The notes under the pieces: model-generated | Databases searched by the model: none | Seen by the model: only the letters and a program-made list of their open reading frames with translations | Told to the model about the DNA's origin: nothing | Assembly (NCBI GenBank): GCA_032161105.1 | Contig: JAVHTD010000004.1 | From: Candidatus Thermosaccharophagus tengchongensis | GTDB lineage: Bacteria; Armatimonadota; Fervidibacteria; Fervidibacterales; Thermosaccharophagaceae | Direction: 5' to 3' (one strand) | DNA length: 64,000 bases | Shown here: positions 31,306 to 40,497 of the stretch, one piece after another | Position numbering within the stretch: the stretch's first letter is position 1 | Layout of the letters: the number at the start of each line of letters is the position of its first letter | Program-made: the position numbers and the translations under genes

Positions 31306-32766
31306 TCACTCATAGCCGCGCCTCTTGCACTCCTCACGAAAACGCATATATGCATCATCATAGGCTTTGGAGAGCTCCTCGCACGGCTCAAATGTCTCCT
31401 CAAGTTTCACCATAGCATTTGCAGCCTCGCCCAGCGATGAGAACCAGCGCCGAGAAGCCGCAATTATTGCCGCACCGAATGCCGCTTCAACGACTTTTGG
31501 TCGGATGAGCCTGCGCCTCAAAACGCTTGAGCGCACAGTGTTCCACAGCTTGGATTTTGAACCACCACCGGTGATGAAGACCACATCGCCGACGCTGTGC
31601 CCAATCCCTTCAAACACCTCAAAGCACCACCGCTCAACAAATGCCACACCCTCAATGTGAGCGGCATAGAATTCAACTTCGTCCCTTGGCTCGCCAATGA
31701 TGAATCCCTCGGCACGCTCATCAACGAATGGGAAGCGCTCGCCGCGCCTCACCAACGGGTAAACGAGTAACTTGGTCGGGACGCGCATTTGCGCCATCAT
31801 GTCCATTTCCAAAAGATCCCTGTTTGGGAAACGCTCGCGCAGGCACTCACCGCCAGTGCTGCTTGCAGCACCGGCAAGCCAAAAGCCATCCGGATGACGA
31901 TGGTAGTATATTCGCCCTCGCTCATCCGAGATGATTTGCCCACACAAGCCGCGCAAGACAAGCGTGCTACCAAGATTTGAATTCCATTCACCAATAGACC
32001 TCGCCCCGGAGCAGATGAAGGCAGCCGTTCCATCTGTGGCGCCTGCAACCACAACAGCGCTTCTCGGTAAGCCAGTCTCAATTGCAGCATCGCTGCTCAC
32101 AAATCCGACCTCATCTCCCGGGACGACCACTTTCGGGAGTTTCTCAAGCGGTATTCCGAGGGCGCTCTCAATCCATTCGGGATAGCGCATCTCAACGATG
32201 TCAAAGCATGTCTTGAGAGCATTTGAAAAGTCGCTCACGCCAACTATCCCAGTCAGCTTGCTGACGATGAAATCGGCAGCGTGAAGGAGCTTTGCGCACC
32301 TCTCAAACACATGTGGCTCATGCCTTTTCAACCAGAGCATCTTCGGCAAAGCGAAGGATGGCTGTATGCGATAGCCGAGCTTCGCCTCAAGCTCGTAAGC
32401 ATGCTGGCGAACTTCATTCGCCTCCTCAACGGCGCGCATGTCACTATACATCAAGGCATTGCGCAATGGGTTGCCGGATGAATCCACCGGGACAAATGTG
32501 CCCGATGTAGAAGTGACGGAGAGCGCCACAATGTCGGATGCATCCACTTGCCTACAAAGAAGCCCCAAAGCACGCTTTGTAGCCTCCCACCACAAATTTG
32601 CATCCTGCTCAAACCACCCATCGCGAAGATGCAATTTGGGCTGCTCGTGTGGCACGCTCACACTGCCGGCAATTTCACCAGATGCATCGGCTGCGATTGC
32701 GCGCACGCCTTCAGTGCCAACATCAACGCCAACGAACAAAAGTTTTGACCGCCACATTGGCGACAC
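31306..32766 (-). CDS. FGGY-family carbohydrate kinase
   Basis: GVDVGTEGVR, STSGT, GATDG, RRGERFPF, TGGGSKS. Confidence 0.92.
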   Translation of the reverse strand: MSPMWRSKLLFVGVDVGTEGVRAIAADASGEIAGSVSVPHEQPKLHLRDGWFEQDANLWWEATKRALGLLCRQVDASDIVALSVTSTSGTFVPVDSSGNPLRNALMYSDMRAVEEANEVRQHAYELEAKLGYRIQPSFALPKMLWLKRHEPHVFERCAKLLHAADFIVSKLTGIVGVSDFSNALKTCFDIVEMRYPEWIESALGIPLEKLPKVVVPGDEVGFVSSDAAIETGLPRSAVVVAGATDGTAAFICSGARSIGEWNSNLGSTLVLRGLCGQIISDERGRIYYHRHPDGFWLAGAASSTGGECLRERFPNRDLLEMDMMAQMRVPTKLLVYPLVRRGERFPFVDERAEGFIIGEPRDEVEFYAAHIEGVAFVERWCFEVFEGIGHSVGDVVFITGGGSKSKLWNTVRSSVLRRRLIRPKVVEAAFGAAIIAASRRWFSSLGEAANAMVKLEETFEPCEELSKAYDDAYMRFREECKRRGYE

Positions 32767-33020
32767 CTCTCATGAGGCATTGGAGGGTGCATCATTCAGG
32801 ATAGCAAAGGGCATTAAAATGAGAAAGGACGCATGTGTCACTTCAGCACATGCGCCCCTCTCACCCTGAGGCGATATATCATCTTGCAGCTTAGCACCGT
32901 TAAATGCACATGCGAATGCTCAACCGTCCACCGAAACAATTTCACCCGCCAGACGCTGCATGCTGCAACAATAATACCGCATGTGCGAGCCCCAACAAAT
33001 CAAAGGCTGCAAAAACGCCC

Positions 33021-34916
33021 CTAACGCCTGCTTGCGCCCTTGCCTTCTGGCGCCACTCCACCGCCGCCAAGGGAGCCAATGACGAGAGACTTTGCGACCG
33101 CCATCGGTGCCTCCGAAGTTATGATGCCCTCAACTTCGTATTCGCCCGCGTCAACTCGCTTTCCGTCATTGTCAACTTGATCCCACTTCTCATCAAAGGA
33201 GCGCTCCCCACCGGGAGGTATCTCCATCTCTCCGATGGCTTGTGTAAAGGCTTTTCCGTGCGACCACTGCCAGATGACATCACCATCCAAATTGCGCACA
33301 ATGAAGTCATAACGCTGTCCCGTTCTAAATCGCAACCTTACCGGCTCACTGCCTTCATTGCGCAGAATTAGCCTCATCTTGACGGGTTCACCAACGCTTA
33401 CTTGCTCTGGCAACTCCAAATCAATCGTCAAGCCAAGCTGCAGCTTGGTGAGCTCAAAGTCTTGAGTGGCGGTTTGATTGGCGACCACTTTCACGATGGT
33501 GCCCTCGGGCACATACTCATCCTTCCACGCCGTGATGAAGTATTCGCCCTCGGGGAGCACGAGCTTGTAGAAGCCATTCTCATCGGAGATGGCGCTTGCG
33601 CGCACCGGTGGTTTAATCGGTGACAGCTTTGGTGGTCGGATTGGCTCTATTGGGCGAAAGCCCGGCGCGCCGGCTTGACCAACCTTTCGCTTGGCATGAT
33701 GCACATGCACAAGGGCAACTACCTCACCGGGAACTCTAACCCAGTTATCCCAGTCAAGATATGGGTCGCCAAATACCGTTGCTGCGACAATCGCTCCTTT
33801 AATTGGCTGCTTCGTCTCAGCGTCACTAACCCGCCCTTGGACAATGCCAAACTTGGCACTGAGCTCAAAATCAACACGGACGCTTTCACCCGGCTTCACC
33901 TTTACATTTCTCTCATCGCTGCCATAGCCCTCCTTGAACGCCACAACCCTATACTCACCCGGCTTGACATCGTCTATCCTGTAATTGCCCTCGGCATCGG
34001 TGAACGCAATTCTCATACGCCCCCAAGCTGGTGGGACGACAATTTGCTTTTTGCCCCCCTTCGCAAGCTGGTTTGGGAACATCCCAAGCAGGGTTATGGG
34101 CTGTATCTCAAAGATCGGCTCAGGTGGCTGTGGTTCTCCCATTGCAGTGAGCACAACGATTGCGCCAGCAACCGGCACAAGCTGCCCCTCTAAATTTGCT
34201 GTAACCTTGCCATGCACAGCTCCAAGGTTCTCCTTGGGAATGCTCCGCAGTCCTAAGTCGCATGCAACTGTAGTTAGTGGTTCAACAACTACTGTATCCA
34301 TCGCAGGTTGATAGCCGGGTGCACACGCTTCAATGAGATACTCACCCTCAGGGAGGAAGAGCTCATAGCTCCCTTCCCTGTCGGTTTTCGTCATGGAGAA
34401 AACGCTGCGAGATATCTCCCCCAACTGATCGCCTTCGTCACCGACTCCGATTGCCCTCGCTGTGACCTTCGCGTCGGCAATCGGTTTAACCCTGTTGCCA
34501 TCCTCATCAACCTCATAGACGAATCCAGAGACTTTACCCAACTGCTCTACCTCAACATTGCCGACATCTGTCACCTTGTTCGGGAAGACCAAAGCGACGA
34601 ACATCGCACCGCGCATGCCATCTTGCTCACGGATGCATACAACTTGCTCTCCGGCTGGCACATTGTCAATGCGAAATCTATCCCCATCAAAGGTCACTTG
34701 AGGTGTAACCGTCTGTGCGCCCATGATGGCGGCGGATACAACGACACGGCTTTTACCGCCGCCTGTCACCAAGCGCCCAGTTATGCTGCCAGTTGGTGTG
34801 GCGCTTGTGGGACGACCACCGCCACCTCCACATCCGCTCATCAATGCAATGCCAATGAGCGATGTCCCAACGAAAGCCGCTGTGAGGATGCACGCTGTTA
34901 AATTCAGCCGCCTCAT
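33021..34916 (-). CDS. Lipoprotein with carboxypeptidase-regulatory-like beta-sandwich repeats and C-terminal BsuPI-like domain
   Basis: Lipobox LMSGC followed by G5; repeats G.V...PI.GA.V...TD..G.Y; C-terminal FRTGQRYDFIV...IWQWSHGKAFTQA. Confidence 0.8.
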   Translation of the reverse strand: MRRLNLTACILTAAFVGTSLIGIALMSGCGGGGGRPTSATPTGSITGRLVTGGGKSRVVVSAAIMGAQTVTPQVTFDGDRFRIDNVPAGEQVVCIREQDGMRGAMFVALVFPNKVTDVGNVEVEQLGKVSGFVYEVDEDGNRVKPIADAKVTARAIGVGDEGDQLGEISRSVFSMTKTDREGSYELFLPEGEYLIEACAPGYQPAMDTVVVEPLTTVACDLGLRSIPKENLGAVHGKVTANLEGQLVPVAGAIVVLTAMGEPQPPEPIFEIQPITLLGMFPNQLAKGGKKQIVVPPAWGRMRIAFTDAEGNYRIDDVKPGEYRVVAFKEGYGSDERNVKVKPGESVRVDFELSAKFGIVQGRVSDAETKQPIKGAIVAATVFGDPYLDWDNWVRVPGEVVALVHVHHAKRKVGQAGAPGFRPIEPIRPPKLSPIKPPVRASAISDENGFYKLVLPEGEYFITAWKDEYVPEGTIVKVVANQTATQDFELTKLQLGLTIDLELPEQVSVGEPVKMRLILRNEGSEPVRLRFRTGQRYDFIVRNLDGDVIWQWSHGKAFTQAIGEMEIPPGGERSFDEKWDQVDNDGKRVDAGEYEVEGIITSEAPMAVAKSLVIGSLGGGGVAPEGKGASRR

Positions 34917-35006
34917 CCAAATCACCTCCCTATGAAGGTTGCAAACAGCCTCGCATTGGCTATACCCGATTCCGTGGTTGCTTAAACAGCCAGCCAAAAT
35001 GCCCCC

Positions 35007-35708
35007 TTAACCGCGGCGTTGCCGAAGCCTTTGTTCAATCAAACTGAGCATGCGTTCCACAACCTCTTGGGGCGTCATGTGAGTTGTGTCAATCACAACC
35101 GCATCGCTCGCCATAGCGAGTGGTGAGTCGGCTCTTGTGGCGTCAAGCTCGTCGCGCTTTTTAGTCCGCTCAATCTCCTCTTCAATGGTGACATCGTATC
35201 CCTTTGACCTGAGTTCAAGCCAACGCCTCCTCGCCCTCTCCTCAAGTGATGCCGTGAGGAAGACTTTCAAGTCAGCATCTGGGAAGACAATGGTTTGCAT
35301 ATCCCTGCCCTCGGCAATGACATGGGAGCATTCCGCGAGCTTGCGCTGCAGTGTTTGCATGGCTTTTCTAACAGCGCTGTGCGCACTCACGATGGAGACG
35401 GCTTCATCCACAGCCGGAGTGCGTATGGCTTCCGTCACATCCTCGCCATCAAGCAACACCCGCTGCGTCCCATTCGGCAAACTCACAAGTTCAATGCGCG
35501 CTGATGATGCAATTGCTGCGAGCTTTCCTTCGTCATCCAACGGCACATTCAATCTCAATGCCTTGAGTGCAATTGCACGATACATTGCACCGGTGTCAAT
35601 GTGCATCCATCCAAGATGCCTTGCAAGCAACTTTGCGACGGTGGTTTTTCCCGCTCCCGCAGGTCCATCAATTGCAACTACAAATTTGCTGCACCGCAAT
35701 ACCCTCAC
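35007..35708 (-). CDS. cmk: Cytidylate kinase
   Basis: AIDGPAGAGKTT, DTGAMYRA, EGRD, ASLEERARRR. Confidence 0.97.
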   Translation of the reverse strand: MRVLRCSKFVVAIDGPAGAGKTTVAKLLARHLGWMHIDTGAMYRAIALKALRLNVPLDDEGKLAAIASSARIELVSLPNGTQRVLLDGEDVTEAIRTPAVDEAVSIVSAHSAVRKAMQTLQRKLAECSHVIAEGRDMQTIVFPDADLKVFLTASLEERARRRWLELRSKGYDVTIEEEIERTKKRDELDATRADSPLAMASDAVVIDTTHMTPQEVVERMLSLIEQRLRQRRG

Positions 35709-35720
35709 TCTCCGCCGATG

Positions 35721-37043
35721 CTAAGATGGGCATTCAACCAATCCTTCCAGCATCTCCCAGAACTGCGGGAATGAAATTGAAACACATTCAGCGCCATCAA
35801 TCTCGGTCTCACCATCAGCTAACATTCCAGCGATGGCGAGGCTCATGGCAATGCGATGGTCTCCGCCACTTTCAACACGAGCGCCGCGCAGACGCCTAAC
35901 ACCAACTATGCGCCAACCATCCGGCAGCTCAGTTATGTTCGCGCCCATCTTTGATAGCTCCGATGACATTGCTGCAATCCTGTCGCTCTCCTTGATGCGC
36001 AGCTCTTGCGCATCCCGTATCAAACTCTCACCTTCGGCAATGCTGCACAGCACGGCAAGCAAAGGCAATTCATCAATCATCGTCGGTATGGAGTCGCCGC
36101 AGATGTTGATTGAGCGGAGACGCTCGGTGCCAGTAACTATCACATCCCCAACTGGCTCACCCGAAACCGTCCTCTGATTCTCAATGCGCACATCTGCGCC
36201 CATGCGGATTAATGCCTCAAGGAAACCAACCCTTGTCGGATTGAGCCCGACGCTTTTGATCGTGATTTGCGCATCGGGCACGGCTGCTGCGAGCGCCATA
36301 AAAAATGCCGCCGATGAGAAGTCACCCGGAACTGCAACATGCTGTGCGCGCAATCTCGCCCCGCCAATAACCGAAACCTTCAATCCATCAACCACCACAT
36401 CAGCGCCAAAGGCTTTGAGCATGCGTTCCGTGTGGTCTCGTGAAGCTGCCGGCTGAATGACGCTCGTTATGCCATCGGCAAACAAGCCGGCGAGCAATAT
36501 CGCCGATTTCACCTGAGCACTTGCCACCGGCATCTTGTATTCAATGGCGCGCAGCTCGCCACCGCGGATGCTCACCGGCGGATAGCACTTTTCGCCCTGC
36601 CCAACAATGTGAGCGCCCATTTGTGTGAGCGGGATAGCCACCCTATCCATCGGACGGCGCCGAAGCGATTCGTCACCGTCTATGGTCACCTCAAATCTGT
36701 GCGCCGCAAGCAATCCAAGCAATAGGCGCATGGTCGTCCCCGAGTTGCCAGCGTCAAGCACATCCTGTGGGGCGCTAAAGTTCGCGCCACCAACACCGTG
36801 CACGGAAAGCGACGCGCTTGCGCCGCTCAATGACGCATCTTCACTTAACCCATCAATGCGCACGCCCATCTCCCTAAGGCACCTTGCGGTGCTCAGGACA
36901 TCTTCCGCGACCAAGCAGCCTTCAATCGTCGTTACACCCTCAGCTATAGCTCCAATTAGAAGCGCCCTATGCGATATTGACTTATCACCCGGCACCTCAA
37001 TCGTCCCCGAGATACGCTTACATCCCCTAACGACCTTGCGCAT
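35721..37043 (-). CDS. aroA: 3-phosphoshikimate 1-carboxyvinyltransferase
   Basis: PGDKSISHR, GNSGTTMRL, SAQVKSA, KESDR, DHRIAM. Confidence 0.98.
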   Translation of the reverse strand: MRKVVRGCKRISGTIEVPGDKSISHRALLIGAIAEGVTTIEGCLVAEDVLSTARCLREMGVRIDGLSEDASLSGASASLSVHGVGGANFSAPQDVLDAGNSGTTMRLLLGLLAAHRFEVTIDGDESLRRRPMDRVAIPLTQMGAHIVGQGEKCYPPVSIRGGELRAIEYKMPVASAQVKSAILLAGLFADGITSVIQPAASRDHTERMLKAFGADVVVDGLKVSVIGGARLRAQHVAVPGDFSSAAFFMALAAAVPDAQITIKSVGLNPTRVGFLEALIRMGADVRIENQRTVSGEPVGDVIVTGTERLRSINICGDSIPTMIDELPLLAVLCSIAEGESLIRDAQELRIKESDRIAAMSSELSKMGANITELPDGWRIVGVRRLRGARVESGGDHRIAMSLAIAGMLADGETEIDGAECVSISFPQFWEMLEGLVECPS

Positions 37044-37050
37044 GCGTCAT

Positions 37051-38475
37051 TCACCTCGCGCAAAATGCAGCCGGCTTTATCGTCCAACATTGCAGCTTTG
37101 CCAGCCCGATCAATCTGCGCCCATAAAATCCGTGTGGGAAAATCACCCACCTCCAAACATCCGGAGAATCCTCAACACAACCCTCGCTCTGGAGCACCAC
37201 TTCCTCCACTTCAATCGCCTCGGCATGATTTGAGAGCAATTGAATGGCGCAGCGCGCACACGCAAAGGCAAATTGAGCCGGAGATAACGCCACTCCATCA
37301 ACCTCAACCCCATCCGGGATGAAACCACCGGACAACATGTGCCCCTCAAGCTCCCGGCAGGCTTTAAGGATGCCATCACAGCTTAACTTCGCTTTTTTGA
37401 CGACCTCACCGCTGACCTTCTTCGGTCCGAAGAGCTTTTGTGTGGGCAATTCCACTTCCTCTGCGAACTTCCCACCATAGTAGGTGTTGAGCCATCTGAC
37501 GAGAAGGAGAAGGCACTCAGCTGCTGAGAGCCATACGCCGCCGATATGCTTGAACGAAACGCCATTAAGCAGCGCCTTCGCAAGCTCAACTAACTCATCT
37601 GAGCGAAACCTTCTTCCAACAGCTTCATCACGCATAAGTTCAAGCAACTCGCTGGCACGAATAAACCTGCATCCTTCGGCATCCTTTATGTGCGCCAAGT
37701 AGGCTTTGAAGTCATCCATGCGTCTTTTTGCCTCGTCCGCTTCAAGCAGCCTCGGCATGCGCCAATTTTCCTTGGGCGTGTTAATACCATTGGCGAAATT
37801 GACCCCGTCCCAGAATTCGGCGGTTGAGAATTCGCACTCGTGGAAATAAATGCTCACAACACCATCCCTGCCATCACCGCCAACCATTTTCCTCCGCAGC
37901 CGCTCAAACCTATCAATGGCAGATTCAAGCCTGCGCGGCTCACCCCAGTTTATGCGGGTGCAGTTTTGGCGCATGCGGTAAACTGTCAAGATGCCACAAT
38001 ACCAAAATGGTGTCCCATCAATGCCGACATGCCCACCCTCATCAAGGTATATAGGTATGCCGAGACGATGAAGCGCCCCATAAACTTGTGGCGCCCAACT
38101 TGCCCCCGGTTGACCATAACAAATCACCGGCTTGTTGAACGCCTCCCTAACGACATCAAAGCCACCGCGCTCACGCCTCTCAAATTCGGCTATGCCTTCG
38201 TCCCATCCCAGCCCATCAAGATACTCGGCTACCGTTGGATGAACACTGTGCATATCCGTGTGGTAGCCAACATCAAATAGCTCGCTTCGGCGCACGAGTG
38301 AGAGTATGTCATTGCGCCTGCGGCGCTGCAAAGCACGAACGCGCTCACCGACAAACTTCAATGTTGCAGGAATGCCCATCTCCGAAAGAAGGTTCAACAA
38401 CCATAGGAGCGCATCATCGCTTTCCGGAGCGATGTAGTCCTCAACATCAAACCAAAGCACAACATAAGCGCTCAA
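37051..38475 (-). CDS. Polysaccharide deacetylase-like (NodB/GH57-type barrel) protein
   Basis: FDVED, GYHTDMHSVHP, SIYFHECE; start moved to a TTG behind an SD. Confidence 0.7.
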   Translation of the reverse strand: MSAYVVLWFDVEDYIAPESDDALLWLLNLLSEMGIPATLKFVGERVRALQRRRRNDILSLVRRSELFDVGYHTDMHSVHPTVAEYLDGLGWDEGIAEFERRERGGFDVVREAFNKPVICYGQPGASWAPQVYGALHRLGIPIYLDEGGHVGIDGTPFWYCGILTVYRMRQNCTRINWGEPRRLESAIDRFERLRRKMVGGDGRDGVVSIYFHECEFSTAEFWDGVNFANGINTPKENWRMPRLLEADEAKRRMDDFKAYLAHIKDAEGCRFIRASELLELMRDEAVGRRFRSDELVELAKALLNGVSFKHIGGVWLSAAECLLLLVRWLNTYYGGKFAEEVELPTQKLFGPKKVSGEVVKKAKLSCDGILKACRELEGHMLSGGFIPDGVEVDGVALSPAQFAFACARCAIQLLSNHAEAIEVEEVVLQSEGCVEDSPDVWRWVIFPHGFYGRRLIGLAKLQCWTIKPAAFCAR

Positions 38476-38618
38476 CCAACTCACCACCCATCGTGCGCTT
38501 CGGGCTTGGAAATCGTCACAGCCTCTTGATAGAATTGTGTCAATGATTGGAAGGGAGCCGGCACACAGCCAACTAATGGGGCTTGCCATACAAAATTAAC
38601 AAGGTGGGTGAATGCGTG

Positions 38619-39668
38619 ATGGCAGGCGGACAAGTCAATGTGGGCATAATCGGGTATGGGTATGCCGGGCGCGTCATACATGCGCAGTTGATTAAGCTTG
38701 TGCCGAGACTAAACTTATACGCCATCGCCTCAAGGGACGAAAACAGACGCTTGCAAGCAAAAGCCGAACATGGCGTGGTGACCTATGAGAGTTACGAGGA
38801 GTTGCTCCGTGACACCAAAGTTGATCTGGTCGTGATAGCAACGCCACATGACAGCCATGCCAAGCTTGCCATTAGCGCAATGGAAGCCGGCAAGCATTGC
38901 GTCGTTGATAAGCCAATGTGCATCACGACGAAGGAAGCCGACCTCATGCTGAGAGCGCGGGATAAAGCCGGCGTGCTCCTGAGCGTCTTCCACAACAGGC
39001 GATGGGATTGCGACTTCCTGACGCTACAACATGTCATTGGTGCCGGCATGCTCGGTGAGCCATTCCTGATTGAGTCATGTGTTGTGCGCTATGGCAAGCC
39101 CGGTAGCCAATGGCGATGCGAACGCAACCTTATGGGCAGCATATTGCACGACTGGGGTGTGCACTTGATTGACCAAGCACTGCAGCTTATGGGGCGTATG
39201 CCATCCTCAATTGGCTGCTGCACCAATTTCCTCGTTTGGGATATGAGCGTTGAAAGCTACGCTAACATCCAAATGCAATTTGATAAGGCACTGTATCGCA
39301 TTGAGGTGAGCTACATCTCGCATGCGCCTCGCCCAAGGTGGTATGTGCTTGGCACTAAAGGTGGTTTTGTCAAGTTCGGGTTAGACCCACAAGAGGCTGC
39401 ACTGCAGCGTGGCGATGTCAAAGCCGCAAAAGAAACCCCAGAGAACAGGGCTCGCCTGTTCACCACGCTGAATGGGAACAAAGTTGAGATGGTGATTGAG
39501 TCCATCCCCGGAAGATGGATATCGTTTTATGAGAACATCGCCGCAGCATTGCTTGATGGCGCTGAGTTGGTTGTCAAGCCGGAGCAGTCAAGGCAGGTTA
39601 TAAGGCTGATTGAGCTTGCGTTGACATCGGCAGGGCATGGCAAGCCTATAAAAGTCACATCGCTTTAG
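38619..39668 (+). CDS. Gfo/Idh/MocA oxidoreductase
   Basis: GIIGYGYAG, VVDKP, FHNRRWDCDF, DWGVHLIDQ. Confidence 0.93.
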   Translation: MAGGQVNVGIIGYGYAGRVIHAQLIKLVPRLNLYAIASRDENRRLQAKAEHGVVTYESYEELLRDTKVDLVVIATPHDSHAKLAISAMEAGKHCVVDKPMCITTKEADLMLRARDKAGVLLSVFHNRRWDCDFLTLQHVIGAGMLGEPFLIESCVVRYGKPGSQWRCERNLMGSILHDWGVHLIDQALQLMGRMPSSIGCCTNFLVWDMSVESYANIQMQFDKALYRIEVSYISHAPRPRWYVLGTKGGFVKFGLDPQEAALQRGDVKAAKETPENRARLFTTLNGNKVEMVIESIPGRWISFYENIAAALLDGAELVVKPEQSRQVIRLIELALTSAGHGKPIKVTSL

Positions 39669-39705
39669 CGCATCCTGCAGGACGGCTTACTTATCAGCAC
39701 GGTGT

Positions 39706-39751
39706 AAAAACGCACACCGGCGGTAGCTTTCACGCCACCGCCGGTGGGGCG
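39706..39751 (-). terminator. Intrinsic terminator of the Spy-like gene
   Basis: Stem CACCGGCGGT/ACCGCCGGTG followed by TTTTT on the minus strand, between convergent genes. Confidence 0.8.
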
Positions 39752-39825
39752 AGGGAGGGATGAAAATGAGGCGCGCAGTTCGTTTCTTAAGACGATACAA
39801 CTCACGCTAAGGTTGCATCACGATG

Positions 39826-40401
39826 CTACCTTGTCTGCCCACCTCTAACACGACCCTGCTGCCTTTGACCGGCTGCAGGCGGCTGCGCGCCCGGCTGCCC
39901 ACCACCTGCGCCAAATCGCCAGCCAAACATCCCGCCACCGTAGCGCCCAATAGCGCCGACGGCTATCAGCAATGCATGCAACTTCGCATTGGCTTTGTAG
40001 TTGAGCTTGGCATCAAGCTGCTTCTCAATCTCCTCAAGCTGCTTCTCGTAACTGCCAACCGCCTTCTCATAAGTCTCAATTGCTGCCTTCAACTGAGCAT
40101 CTGTAGCGCCCGAACGAAGCGATGCCATCAAGCTGCGGCGTGCTTCCATTAACTTCGTGAACGCATCCATACGCTCTTTCATTGCCGCTTGTATCGCCTG
40201 CTTCTGTTCGTTCGTCAGTGTGAGGTTGAGCTGCTTCGTCCAGAAGTCAAGCATTTGTGATATGCGCTCCTCTGGTGAAAGCTGCCTTACACCCGGAGGT
40301 CCACCAGCGCCCGGTCTTCCCGGAGGCTGTGCCATTGACACTGACATTGCGATGAGCAATCCAAGCGCCACTGCCATCCAACACTTTTGGTTGTGCAACA
40401 T
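39826..40401 (-). CDS. Secreted helical protein, Spy/CpxP-like
   Basis: Signal peptide ending SMA-Q, Gly/Pro-rich termini, LNLTLTNEQKQ (LTxxQ) motif. Confidence 0.65.
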   Translation of the reverse strand: MLHNQKCWMAVALGLLIAMSVSMAQPPGRPGAGGPPGVRQLSPEERISQMLDFWTKQLNLTLTNEQKQAIQAAMKERMDAFTKLMEARRSLMASLRSGATDAQLKAAIETYEKAVGSYEKQLEEIEKQLDAKLNYKANAKLHALLIAVGAIGRYGGGMFGWRFGAGGGQPGAQPPAAGQRQQGRVRGGQTR

Positions 40402-40459
40402 CCCTAATCGCCCTCCTTGAAATTGGATTTGCTGCACACGCCTTCACAGGTTCACTTCA

Positions 40460-40488
40460 TTAGACGACAAGGTTGCTCGTTAGTTCAC
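40460..40488 (-). promoter_or_regulatory. Putative ECF sigma promoter (GTGAAC-N17-GTCTAA)
   Basis: Minus strand reads GTGAACtaacgagcaaccttgtcGTCTAA upstream of the Spy-like gene. Confidence 0.55.
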
Positions 40489-40497
40489 CCGCAGCCT

